DNA of 64,000 nt from a bacterium. Lineage in GTDB: Bacteria > Patescibacteriota > Gracilibacteria > Peribacterales > Peribacteraceae. Positions within the stretch are counted from its first letter, which is position 1. Each line of letters opens with the position of its first letter. Below the pieces are notes generated by a model that saw nothing but the letters and a program-made list of their open reading frames with translations, was not told the origin of the DNA and made no database searches. A program made the position numbers and the translations under genes. The stretch is taken from assembly GCA_027623015.1 (NCBI GenBank), contig JAQBVR010000003.1, positions 2,197-66,196 of the forward strand. Direction: 5' to 3'. Positions 16,331-25,454 of the stretch are shown here, one piece after another.

Positions 16331-19036
16331 GTGGACATAAAACTCTTACATATCCGTGCAGGGCAAGAGAATGAACGGGGACCGTTGTATATGGAGCCTA
16401 CGATATCTGCTATTCACTCGCTGAAAAAAAATAATAAGCAAGTACACCTAGAAGTTGGTGTTGCTGCTGGTAAAATTGCGCTGTATGCACGTGGATCAAG
16501 AATCGCTTTGCATCTTACAGAAAGTCAGTTGTATGCACAGTATCCAGATGTAGATATCGAGCGTTTATCTGAAGACCCTTTTGTGTCTTCTGAAGATGAG
16601 TACGTCGTGTCTTCAGATTTACAACTTGTTGATCCTGAGGTATTTCCCATAAAACGTCATCCACAATTTGATGACATGCTTACACGTGTCAATGTTGATT
16701 CGTTAGCAGGAATTACTTCTGCATTATCACGCTATCCTGATCTTGGAATGCGTGGGCATGTGCAAGTCATTATGATGCCTATCGGGACGGATTATCGTAG
16801 ACGTGCTATTCGGTTTTTGCCATTGCTCGAGAAAGGCTTGGCATCTATTTCTGAAAATTATGCGTGCTTCTTTGCACGAATGCAACTTGCACGTGGCTGG
16901 AGGAGGGTCGCGTATATGCCTATGGCAATGGCTATGGGAGGATTTCGTGTTTGGCCTGGGTTTGGTAAATTTCTGAAGGCACCATCTCTTTCTGGTGATA
17001 TTTCATCTTCAGACTCAGATTATGATGAGGCAGAGAAAGTTACAACACGGTCGCATGACAGAGAAGATTCTGTTTCTGCAGCAATGGATAAGGTAAACCG
17101 CTTACTATTTGTGTGTACGGTTCGTGTCAGTGTGATCTATAAAAAAGGTAGTGAAGAGACTGCTCTCGGAAAACTATCGGAGATAGCAGGAAGCTTTTCA
17201 CAGTTTTCGCTTCCTAACTGCAATGCTTTTGAGGAAGGCAAGGTACGACATAGCAATCAGATTGATTATTCTATGCAGTCAAATCCTTATGTTCTTTCCA
17301 CAGAAGAGATTGCTACATTGTGGCACTTGCCTACTATTCTTGTGCAAACGCCAAATCTTGATTGGGTCATTAGTAAGAAGCTCGAACCACCACTCAATCT
17401 TCCTATCATGGATGAGGAAAATATTGAGGATCTTACTGTTATTGGTGAGTCTATATTTCGTGGTGAAAAGAAGAGGTTTGGTATTAAACCTATAGACCGT
17501 ACACGTCATATTTACTGCATAGGAAAGACGGGTATGGGTAAGTCTACAGTTCTGGAAAATATGGTCTTCTCTGATATTCAAGCAGGAAAAGGAGTTGGTG
17601 TTATAGATCCTCATGGAGACCTTATCGATGCGATCTTGGAGTTTGTTCCGAAGGAACGTAGCAACGATGTTGTACTTTTTGATCCTTCGGATACAGATTA
17701 TCCTATTTCGTTTAACATTCTCGAGTGTGCAGACAAGGAACAACGAGTTCTTGTAGCATCTGGAATTATGAGCGTATTTACAAAGTTATGGCCAGATGTC
17801 TGGAGTGGTCGCATGGAACACATATTGCGCAACACGCTTCTTGCCCTTCTTGAGAACGAAGGTACGTCTATGCTTGGTATCATGCGTGTATTTGCAGATG
17901 ATAACTTCCGTCATAAGATTGTCTCTCGTGTAACTGACCCACTCGTGAAGAGCTTCTGGGTAGATGAATACGAGTCGTGGAGCGAGAAGTACCGTACGGA
18001 GGCTATTGCAGCTATTCAAAACAAGGTAGGCCAGCTGCTTTCTACACCTCTCATACGAAATATCATTGGACAGGTGAAGAGTACGCTCGACATCCGTCAT
18101 GCGATGGATAGTGGCAAGATCATCTTAGTCAATCTAAGCAAAGGAAAGTTGGGAGAAGATGCATCTGCATTTCTTGGGTCTATGCTTGTAACCAAATTCC
18201 AGATTGATGCCATGAGCAGGGCAGATATTCCAGAAAAGGATCGTCGACCTTTCTATCTGTATGTAGATGAATTCCAGAACTTTGCGACTGAGTCCTTTGC
18301 GACCATTCTTTCCGAAGCACGTAAATATAAGCTCTGTTTGACTATGGCAAACCAATATATTGGCCAATTGCTTATAGGAGATAAGAGTACAGCTCTCAAA
18401 GATGCTGTATTTGGTAACGTTGGTTCTATCGTAGCGTTCCAGGTTGGTAGTGATGACGCTGAAGTCTTTAGTCTCCAGTTTGAAGAGTTAGTCCTTCCAA
18501 AAGACATCCTTAGTTTGCCAAAGTATCATGCATACGTTCGCTTGATGATCGATGGTATGCCAGGTAAGCCATTCTCTGTTCAGTCACTTCCGCCACCCGA
18601 ATATGACCATGATGATGGTCGTTCCACTATGCTCAGGCGCCTCTCTCGTGAGCGTTATACTGAGAAGCGTTCTGTGGTCGAAGAGAAGATCAACAAGTGG
18701 GCAGCAAGCGCTGCAGAGGCACGTGGTCAGTCTGTTGCTGCTGGTAAGGCAAAGGAAAAAGAAGAAGAGGAGATGAAGAAGGCCAGAAAGAAAAAGATGA
18801 GCCTAGAAGAGTATCGCACATGGCGAGATAAGGAGATGTGGTCTAATGATTTCAATGCTCTTCGCAAGCGTGCACTCATTGACGAAGATCTCAACGATGC
18901 AGAAAAAAAGCAGTATGCAGATCTGCAAAAGAAGCTAAAAGAGAGTGGGGGAGTTCCTCCCCTGAGTAAGGCTGTGCAGGAACTCGTCGATAAGAAGTCT
19001 TCTCCGCAAGCTTCGAAGACTACTGAGACAGAATAA
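16331..19036 (+). CDS. VirD4/TraG/TraD-like (type IV coupling protein family) P-loop ATPase with novel N-terminal domain and K/E-rich tail
   Basis: Walker A GKTGMGKST, DPHGDL, Walker B-like YLYVDEFQNF, MANQY. The roughly 380-aa N-terminal region is unrecognised. An alternative start is ATG 16391. Confidence 0.65.
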   Translation: MDIKLLHIRAGQENERGPLYMEPTISAIHSLKKNNKQVHLEVGVAAGKIALYARGSRIALHLTESQLYAQYPDVDIERLSEDPFVSSEDEYVVSSDLQLVDPEVFPIKRHPQFDDMLTRVNVDSLAGITSALSRYPDLGMRGHVQVIMMPIGTDYRRRAIRFLPLLEKGLASISENYACFFARMQLARGWRRVAYMPMAMAMGGFRVWPGFGKFLKAPSLSGDISSSDSDYDEAEKVTTRSHDREDSVSAAMDKVNRLLFVCTVRVSVIYKKGSEETALGKLSEIAGSFSQFSLPNCNAFEEGKVRHSNQIDYSMQSNPYVLSTEEIATLWHLPTILVQTPNLDWVISKKLEPPLNLPIMDEENIEDLTVIGESIFRGEKKRFGIKPIDRTRHIYCIGKTGMGKSTVLENMVFSDIQAGKGVGVIDPHGDLIDAILEFVPKERSNDVVLFDPSDTDYPISFNILECADKEQRVLVASGIMSVFTKLWPDVWSGRMEHILRNTLLALLENEGTSMLGIMRVFADDNFRHKIVSRVTDPLVKSFWVDEYESWSEKYRTEAIAAIQNKVGQLLSTPLIRNIIGQVKSTLDIRHAMDSGKIILVNLSKGKLGEDASAFLGSMLVTKFQIDAMSRADIPEKDRRPFYLYVDEFQNFATESFATILSEARKYKLCLTMANQYIGQLLIGDKSTALKDAVFGNVGSIVAFQVGSDDAEVFSLQFEELVLPKDILSLPKYHAYVRLMIDGMPGKPFSVQSLPPPEYDHDDGRSTMLRRLSRERYTEKRSVVEEKINKWAASAAEARGQSVAAGKAKEKEEEEMKKARKKKMSLEEYRTWRDKEMWSNDFNALRKRALIDEDLNDAEKKQYADLQKKLKESGGVPPLSKAVQELVDKKSSPQASKTTETE

Positions 19037-19101
19037 TTACACAGCTTGGTGCGTCTTCGCGAATAAGCCACTTAGTTTGTTCTATCGATCTTTTGATAAT
19101 A

Positions 19102-19127
19102 GCGGCGTAGCGATATCGCTACGCCGT
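19102..19127. terminator. Perfect palindrome GGCGTAGCGATATCGCTACGCC between convergent genes
   Basis: 22-nt perfect palindrome at 19104-19125, extendable by flanking pairs. There is no clear T-tract. Confidence 0.45.
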
Positions 19128-19163
19128 CATAGGGGATGTATTTCCCCGATTGTTATATTCATA

Positions 19164-19373
19164 TTATTGCAGAGCCGTATGGTATGCACGGTTGGTTACA
19201 GTGCAACCTAGTGCCATGAGCACTTTTTGCAGCTTGTGACTTTCAGGGTTCTTTCGCCCTGCAGTAATGTACACGTGCATAGATTCACAGTTACTGACGA
19301 TGCTCTCTGCGGCCTGTTGGATGTTTAGATTCTTCATGTCCGTAAGTGTACATTCGTACACCCCCCTTTGCAA
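19164..19373 (-). CDS. Hypothetical small protein (TTG start; alternative ATG 36 nt in)
   Basis: ORF only; sits downstream of the small lipoprotein gene. Confidence 0.3.
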   Translation of the reverse strand: MQRGVYECTLTDMKNLNIQQAAESIVSNCESMHVYITAGRKNPESHKLQKVLMALGCTVTNRAYHTALQ

Positions 19374-19410
19374 TGGCTAAGGGTTACTTCCACTTTACAA
19401 AGTCACCTCT

Positions 19411-19569
19411 TTAGAGGTCTGCACCATTTGAACCGTCCTCTACAGAGTCACCCATTGGCGCTGGCGTTGGCTCTAGTTCTTCAGATGGTGTTGGTAGTGG
19501 ACTCGGTCCTTGTGCACTACATGCGGCGAGAGCGAGAGTTGCGATGAATGTGATGAGATTCTTTTTCAT
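19411..19569 (-). CDS. Small lipoprotein (52 aa), below the ORF-track cutoff
   Basis: My manual translation reads MKKNLITFIATLALAACSAQGPSPLPTPSEELEPTPAPMGDSVEDGSNGADL*. It has a LAAC lipobox, and TAAAGT lies 7 nt upstream of the ATG. Confidence 0.5.
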   Translation of the reverse strand: MKKNLITFIATLALAACSAQGPSPLPTPSEELEPTPAPMGDSVEDGSNGADL

Positions 19570-19591
19570 AGTTCGTACTTTATCTTTTTTT

Positions 19592-19619
19592 GTTACTCGT
19601 TACTAGTTACTCTTTACTA
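19592..19619 (+). repeat. Tandem heptamers GTTACTC GTTACTA GTTACTC TTTACTA
   Basis: Read directly; followed by ATTGGAATTTGG...GATTTGGAATTT. Confidence 0.8.
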
Positions 19620-19721
19620 GATATTGGAATTTGGGTTTTGTGATTTGGAATTTCTACCCGAGTACCTCTATTGTTCATCAAACCTTTACAGAGTAATCAG
19701 TGCTAACGCATACTTATTCCC

Positions 19722-20351
19722 TTGGTTTACTTTCTTGTTACATCGTTGGCGTTTGCAACTATTGCACTTCCTCAATCTACATCAGCACTGTCGTATATTC
19801 AAACTGGAGGAGGGTATCCGTATACGGATATCTATTCAGAAGATGGCTATCCAGTGTATGAAACACCGTATGTCAAAGTGGTAGATGAAACACGAGGAGG
19901 GTACAGGTACTCCGATGACCGATACTACAACAGTGCTCCAAATAGGAATAATCAGTACAACTATAGTTCACAGAATAATGACCAGTATTACGACTCTGAT
20001 TACTCTCGTGGATCTCTTTCGCAGTCGCAGAAGGCAAGTAGGTGGCCACGGTACTATGAAAGTCCAAGTAAGCCCCTTGCTCCCTATCATGTCACTTCAG
20101 ATAGATACATCCAGTATTTGAATGATAGGCAAGAGCAGTACAGGTATTACCCATACGAAGAGACGCATCCTTACTTTCCTCAAAAGTACTACCACCAGTA
20201 CGATGACCCGCACTTCTATCGTAAGAAGTTACTCAATACGGAGTACAGAGAACGTATGCGCAACACATACGATGGGAATAACTCGTATGACAACTACGAC
20301 TCATACTTCTACGATGATGGACACCAGCGGTTGAACCGTTACGGACATTAG
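19722..20351 (+). CDS. Secreted tyrosine-rich low-complexity protein
   Basis: Signal-like N-terminus VYFLVTSLAFATIALPQSTSA. I count about 38 Tyr in 209 residues, in Y/D/N/R/Q-rich repeats. TTG start. Confidence 0.6.
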   Translation: MVYFLVTSLAFATIALPQSTSALSYIQTGGGYPYTDIYSEDGYPVYETPYVKVVDETRGGYRYSDDRYYNSAPNRNNQYNYSSQNNDQYYDSDYSRGSLSQSQKASRWPRYYESPSKPLAPYHVTSDRYIQYLNDRQEQYRYYPYEETHPYFPQKYYHQYDDPHFYRKKLLNTEYRERMRNTYDGNNSYDNYDSYFYDDGHQRLNRYGH

Positions 20352-20410
20352 AAATAACACCTCCGAACGCAAGGGAACGGAGCATTACCGATCGACTGTC
20401 GCCAGTCGAA

Positions 20411-20605
20411 TCAAGGATGGGGGTGGTCTGCTCTTGGTGGTGCTGGAACCGTCATTGTGCTGTAGATGCCCATTTTTGGGAGCGCGATGCCAATCATCCA
20501 CAATGCACCTAGCGGTATCATTACCAACATAACTATGCAGACGCATATCCGAATCGCGATACACATCTCTCTGCGATCCAGTGCTTCTCTCTCTGCATCA
20601 TGCAT
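20411..20605 (-). CDS. Small membrane protein (64 aa)
   Basis: One long hydrophobic stretch, CIAIRICVCIVMLVMIPLGALWMIGIAL. GGAGGAAAGGA lies upstream of the ATG. Confidence 0.45.
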   Translation of the reverse strand: MHDAEREALDRREMCIAIRICVCIVMLVMIPLGALWMIGIALPKMGIYSTMTVPAPPRADHPHP

Positions 20606-20702
20606 GAGAGAATCCTTTCCTCCCCCCTAGGAGGAGTGGAGTGTCTGGTTACTACGCTTGGCCAGACGATGAGCATATCGTACCACTTGAGTAAATGCTG
20701 TA

Positions 20703-20740
20703 TATGAAAATGCCTCCGCTTGTGAAGGGGCGGAGGCATT
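20703..20740 (-). terminator. Rho-independent terminator after ORF 20772..21464
   Basis: On the minus strand, AATGCCTCCGC-N10-GCGGAGGCATT is followed by TTTTCATAT. Confidence 0.7.
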
Positions 20741-20771
20741 CTCTCTGACAGTCTTATGGCAGCAGTTTTCC

Positions 20772-21464
20772 TCAACGTGAGGAGAGTTGTAGAGGACTGA
20801 TTTTGAACGAAACGTTGTTTCCTTCCACCACGGGGTAGGAAGGAACGCATGCTGTGCTGTACATCCGTGCGGGCTTTTCCACCATATGGTGTTGTCCGCA
20901 GATTCTGTTCGCACACTCGATCTGGTATTCGTCCATGTCTCCTGTGCACGTTGCCGTGTACAGGCCATCTTCGATCTTGAACGACGTGATTCGACTCCGA
21001 AACTTTTCGTCCATGTCCAATTCTTCAGTGTTAAAGGTTAGTGTGAGACTGTCTTCTTTTTCATTGAATCTCACATTGGAGACTGTGGCCCGCTTTCCCA
21101 TCAATTTGAGCCATTCTCCGCAGAGTTGTTGCGAAAAGAACAGCTCTCCGACACATGGTGGGCCAGAGAATGTGACGTTTATGAGACTCTTGGTTTTGTC
21201 CTCGATAGTGATGTGCATGACTGACGTCAGTCGCGGACTTGTTTTTGCGATCAGAGCTACTGGTTGAGCAGTAGGTTCCTCCTCCTCCGGTTTTGCTTGA
21301 ATTACAAAATATTGTCCGATAAGGATGAGGATAGCCAAGCCGCCAGCGATGAATTCTTTGGCAGTTCGGCTAAGTCCGCTTCTTCTTCCATTCCTAATGA
21401 TCTCTTCTGTAGATGGACTAGTCAAGATACGTTCTCCTTTGGGTTGAGGTGAGGTCCGTTCCAC
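20772..21464 (-). CDS. Hypothetical membrane-anchored protein (230 aa, GTG start)
   Basis: One TM helix (FIAGGLAILILIGQYFVI) followed by a Cys-containing extracytoplasmic domain. Confidence 0.55.
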   Translation of the reverse strand: MERTSPQPKGERILTSPSTEEIIRNGRRSGLSRTAKEFIAGGLAILILIGQYFVIQAKPEEEEPTAQPVALIAKTSPRLTSVMHITIEDKTKSLINVTFSGPPCVGELFFSQQLCGEWLKLMGKRATVSNVRFNEKEDSLTLTFNTEELDMDEKFRSRITSFKIEDGLYTATCTGDMDEYQIECANRICGQHHMVEKPARMYSTACVPSYPVVEGNNVSFKISPLQLSSR

Positions 21465-21714
21465 GGACCGTGATGTGTAATGTGAAGTGGTAGCAACTTA
21501 TATTCTGTGAATACAAATAGCTACCACCTCTTTGCTGCCGAATCTGTCAAAGAGCGTTCTCTCTTTTACAAAGAAAGAGGGACAAATTATCGCGTTGTGT
21601 TTACATGTGGTCAAATACTTGAAAGGATAAAAGTTTTTAGAGAACGAATAATTATCCCTATGAGGATAGTAAAACTGTATTGACTCTTGGCTGTACGAAG
21701 CGCAAAATCCCCCT

Positions 21715-22026
21715 ATGGGTGTTGGAAATGTGAATAAATTATTTGGCGATTATGATAATCGTCACAAAATGCCAAAAAATCTTGGGGACAATCCAGTCTC
21801 TGGAGTGGAATCAGGTAAAGCAACAACCCTAGCTCTTCTCTTAATGAAAAATGGAGTTTATGTTAGCATGGCTGGCGCACTAGCTATTTCACAATCTTTA
21901 ACAGCGCAAGGAGTAGGCACTATCCGCAATAAGCCAGCGGATGAACTTGGTCGCAATGATCCATGTCCTTGTGGATGTGGCAAGAAGGTAAAGAAGTGCA
22001 AAGTGGACAGCGTTGATGCCGCATAG
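21715..22026 (+). CDS. SEC-C motif (SecA-type metal-binding) domain protein
   Basis: C-terminal NDPCPCGCGKKVKKC. Confidence 0.65.
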   Translation: MGVGNVNKLFGDYDNRHKMPKNLGDNPVSGVESGKATTLALLLMKNGVYVSMAGALAISQSLTAQGVGTIRNKPADELGRNDPCPCGCGKKVKKCKVDSVDAA

Positions 22027-22432
22027 TATTTTTCAGATATTAAACATCCTTCGTCAGGCGCTTCCTCCTCCGCCCAACCGTCGCTAAAGCTATGGTCGGC
22101 ATGCAAGGCTACGGACGACACGCAGGATGACACTCTAGAATTGAATGTATTAAACAAAACCGCCCATCCTACGCACTCGTTATGCTCGTGGCTTCTGACG
22201 GCAGGACCATTTACGCATATTAAACAAAACCGCCAACCAATATAATCGGAAGACGGTGTTTGTGTTGGTCATTGATCTTGAGAAGCAAGCTTCTTTCCAA
22301 CCGACGACATACTTAGTATAGCAAATTTGACCTACTTTTACAAGTACGAAATTCCTAAAATTGTATTAAGTGGCTTATGGTAGCCAAAAAAATGATCTCG
22401 CCCTGTGGGGGGAGCGAGACCAAATGTGTTCG

Positions 22433-22564
22433 TTATGTGCATCTCAGCACTTCCAGGCACTTCCAGATTCCGAACCCCATGCAACCGATCCAGACGAGAC
22501 CGATCATGACGAGGATGAAAATTTCTGTACCTGAGAGCGGGGTGCGACGATCCTTTTGATTCAC
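22433..22564 (-). CDS. Candidate 43-aa single-TM protein, below the ORF-track cutoff
   Basis: GTG start preceded by AAAGGAG with a 7-nt spacer. Translates to VNQKDRRTPLSGTEIFILVMIGLVWIGCMGFGIWKCLEVLRCT*. Confidence 0.4.
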   Translation of the reverse strand: MNQKDRRTPLSGTEIFILVMIGLVWIGCMGFGIWKCLEVLRCT

Positions 22565-22687
22565 GCGAAGACTCCTTTTCAACGAACAGCGAAAAACGCC
22601 TATGGCCGCCAATCGGCCGCAGGACTAGCGCAACATGCCAGATCTTCCGAATATAAGCAATGGTTGTGAGCGAATTTTGGTTAGTTC

Positions 22688-23953
22688 TTACGCCTTGATT
22701 CCTGGAACAGGGAATCCTCTGCAGAATTCGATGACTTCGCTATGGAGCTGCTCGATAGCGCTGTTATCTTCTTTAGCTTCGATAGCTCTCAACATGAAGT
22801 CCGTAAGTATATCCATCTCAGGCTCTTTCATGCCACGTGTGGTGATAGCAGGAGTACCAAAGCGGATACCAGAAGGGTCCATAGGCTTACGTGGGTCGTC
22901 TGCGATCATGTTCTTGTTGAGGGTGATGCCAACTCTATCGAGGAGTGTCTCTGCTTCTTGCCCCGTAATGCCCCATGACTTTACACAGTCGATCATCATG
23001 AGGTGATTGTCTGTACCGTTGGTGATGAGTTTAGCGCCGTTTTCCATGAACCTGTGTGCCATACGTTGAGAGTTCTTGATGATCTGGTGGGCGTAGTCTT
23101 TGAACTCTGGCTTGAGTGCTTCCCCAAATGCTACAGCCTTAGCTGCGACCATCTGCATGATGGGTCCTCCTTGGAACCCTGGGAAGATAGACTTGTCCAT
23201 CTTCTTACCGAGTGCGAGTTCACGACAGAGGATCATACCTCCACGTGGACCACGTAGACTCTTGTGCGTTGTCGTAGTGATGACATCAAAACCATCATCA
23301 AAAGGATTGCGCAGTGCACCTCCAGCAATCATACCAGCGATGTGTGCCATGTCTGCCACGGTGTATGCGCCGACTTCGTCTGCGATAGCCTTCATCTTTG
23401 CGTAGTCTAGCTCGCGTGGGTAGGCGGAGAATCCTGCGAGGATGATCTTTGGTTTTTCACGGAGTGCAACTTCGCGCATCTCATCGTAGTCGATCTCTCC
23501 AGTCTCTACGTCTTTCATCTTATAGCGTACGAAGTTGAAGATCTTTGTGATGTATGTAACAGGGTGACCGTGTGTTAGGTGGCCTCCATGACTCAAGTCC
23601 ATGCCCATCACCGTGTCTCCTGGTTCGAGGAGAGCGAAATACATACCGATATTTGCTGGTGCTCCAGCATGTGGTTGTACGTTGGCATGTTCACAGTTAA
23701 AGAGTTTTGTTGCTCGTTCTATAGCGATGGATTCTACGCAGTCTGTGTATTCCTGTCCGCCGTAGTACCTCTTGCCTGGGTATCCTTCGGAGTATTTGTT
23801 ATTGAATACACTCGCCATCACTTCCATGACAGCAGGGGATATGTAGTTCTCGGACGGTATCAGCTCTACTCCATCTCGTTGTCTATCCATCTCTCCCATA
23901 AGCGCATTGTAAATTGCAGGGTCTTCTGCTTGGAGAGCGTCGTAGATAGGCAT
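22688..23953 (-). CDS. glyA: Serine hydroxymethyltransferase
   Basis: IPSENY, YYGG, GGHLTHG, TTTTHKSLRGPRGG. Confidence 0.97.
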   Translation of the reverse strand: MPIYDALQAEDPAIYNALMGEMDRQRDGVELIPSENYISPAVMEVMASVFNNKYSEGYPGKRYYGGQEYTDCVESIAIERATKLFNCEHANVQPHAGAPANIGMYFALLEPGDTVMGMDLSHGGHLTHGHPVTYITKIFNFVRYKMKDVETGEIDYDEMREVALREKPKIILAGFSAYPRELDYAKMKAIADEVGAYTVADMAHIAGMIAGGALRNPFDDGFDVITTTTHKSLRGPRGGMILCRELALGKKMDKSIFPGFQGGPIMQMVAAKAVAFGEALKPEFKDYAHQIIKNSQRMAHRFMENGAKLITNGTDNHLMMIDCVKSWGITGQEAETLLDRVGITLNKNMIADDPRKPMDPSGIRFGTPAITTRGMKEPEMDILTDFMLRAIEAKEDNSAIEQLHSEVIEFCRGFPVPGIKA

Positions 23954-24049
23954 AGGTTTCGATGGAGAAAAGAAATGAAACGTTTGTCTGTAACTATTGT
24001 CTAATGTTTGTTACTACTTTTCAATTTTTCTGGGTACTTTCTTCAGATT

Positions 24050-24125
24050 GTTCTGTGTTCTGTGTTTTGGGTTATGAGTTATACGTTCAAATTAAAGCAC
24101 AACACAGAACTCATAACTCAGAACA
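24050..24125. repeat. Period-7 repeat hairpin (GTTCTGT GTTCTGT GTTTTGG GTTATGA GTTATAC ... CACAACACAGAACTCATAACTCAGAAC)
   Basis: Read directly. Lies between the MTHFS stop and the glyA start. Confidence 0.75.
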
Positions 24126-24689
24126 ATTCAGTATTCCTCGTGCTGTGATGAGTTTATCCATTACTTCATCATGCGGTTCGCTGGGGACCTCATTCATCAC
24201 CTGACATTCGAGGGCGATGCCCCAATACTGTGTGTCTGGATTGCGTACACGTTGCTTTTTGATCCAGCGATCGTAGCCTGCATTACCCCTGCCCATACGG
24301 TTTCCTGTTCTATCGAATGCTCTTCCGGGGATCAGGATGATATCTGCATTCATCGGATCTAGCTCCTCTTCACTAAGTGGTGGTTCTTGTATACCTAACT
24401 CTCCTTTGATGAGTGGAGTGTCTTTGGTAAATCTACGATAGACCAATTTATTTTCGTACACAGGGAGATATATCTCTTGCCCTCGAGCAAGAAGCTCTTC
24501 AAGTAATAGCGTGAGATTCACTTCAGTCTTTAACGCGATATATGCACAGATAGTTTTTCCGTCTGGTATAGCTTTGAGTAGTTCACGACAAACCGTCCGA
24601 CTTTCTGCATTGCGCTCTTTGTCACTTAAGCTTTTGAGCCTGTGTTCTATGGCACTGCGTAGCTCGTTCTTCTGGTCGCTAATGTGCAT
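24111..24689 (-). CDS. 5-formyltetrahydrofolate cyclo-ligase
   Basis: ICAYIALKTEVNL, IILIPGRAFDRTGNRMGRGNAGYDRW. Start taken at the ATG (MHISDQKNELR) just after the DsbA-like stop; the track start is 24728. Confidence 0.85.
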   Translation of the reverse strand: MHISDQKNELRSAIEHRLKSLSDKERNAESRTVCRELLKAIPDGKTICAYIALKTEVNLTLLLEELLARGQEIYLPVYENKLVYRRFTKDTPLIKGELGIQEPPLSEEELDPMNADIILIPGRAFDRTGNRMGRGNAGYDRWIKKQRVRNPDTQYWGIALECQVMNEVPSEPHDEVMDKLITARGILNCSEL

Positions 24690-24693
24690 AGTA

Positions 24694-25278
24694 TTACAGG
24701 CGTTGTGTAAGTCGTGCCAGTTCAGCATCTACTGCAGCAGAGATACTATCGAATCCTGTATCAACTTTCTTATCATTTACAAAGAATGAAGGTGTGCCAG
24801 CAACCTCAGCTTTACGGCCCATTTCATAATCTGCAAGAACGGTGTCTCTTTTTGCATGAGACTTCATACATTTGCCGAATGCTGCTAAATCGAGATTGAG
24901 TTCTTCAGCCCATGCATCTAATACATCGAGACTTAGGTCTTTTTGGTTTTCAAATGCGATATCGACGAATTCCCAAAATTTGCCTTGGTCCGCTGCACAC
25001 TCACTTGCTTCAGAGGCATCAAGCGCATATCGGTGGATGGAACGCAGAGGAAAGTGCATGTGTACAAGCGCGATACTATTTCCATATTTCTCTAGGAGCG
25101 GAGCGGTGATAGATTTATGCGCTGCACTACAAGCTGGGCACTGAAGGTCAGCATATTCTGTTATGACAACTGCAGCATTTGGATTTCCTTTTGGTGTCCT
25201 ACTGGATATGTCAGATGAAGAGTCCGAACATGCAGATAGGAGCAAAAGAGCTATTGTAAGGTGAAGGTAGTGTTTCAT
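24694..25278 (-). CDS. DsbA-family thiol:disulfide oxidoreductase lipoprotein
   Basis: LLLLSAC lipobox, DLQCPAC active site, GTPSFFVN. Confidence 0.85.
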   Translation of the reverse strand: MKHYLHLTIALLLLSACSDSSSDISSRTPKGNPNAAVVITEYADLQCPACSAAHKSITAPLLEKYGNSIALVHMHFPLRSIHRYALDASEASECAADQGKFWEFVDIAFENQKDLSLDVLDAWAEELNLDLAAFGKCMKSHAKRDTVLADYEMGRKAEVAGTPSFFVNDKKVDTGFDSISAAVDAELARLTQRL

Positions 25279-25454
25279 AGTACATCTAGCGTGACAGTTT
25301 ATTTGGTGTTTGGCAATGATGTATGTAAGTTTTGTTATAGTGTTTCTAAAAAGGGGGCAAAAGGGTCCAAAGATACCAAGGTGAATTTGCGTAACACCTT
25401 GTCCCCATTGGTCCCCTTGGCGCCTTTGACACCGTGTGCTACACTTTTCTCCTT

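Noticed and set aside
21480-21530. Hairpin GTGGTAGC...GCTACCAC in the divergent region 21465-21714, considered as a regulatory element.
   Set aside because: It is a short 8-bp stem with a 25-nt loop and no repeat elsewhere in the window, so there is not enough evidence to call it.
23954-24110. Riboswitch (ZTP/THF/glycine) upstream of glyA.
   Set aside because: I found none of the conserved G/C-rich cores (for example GGGTCGTGAC...CCGCCTGGGCA). The region is AT-rich and is explained by the GTTCTGT heptamer hairpin.
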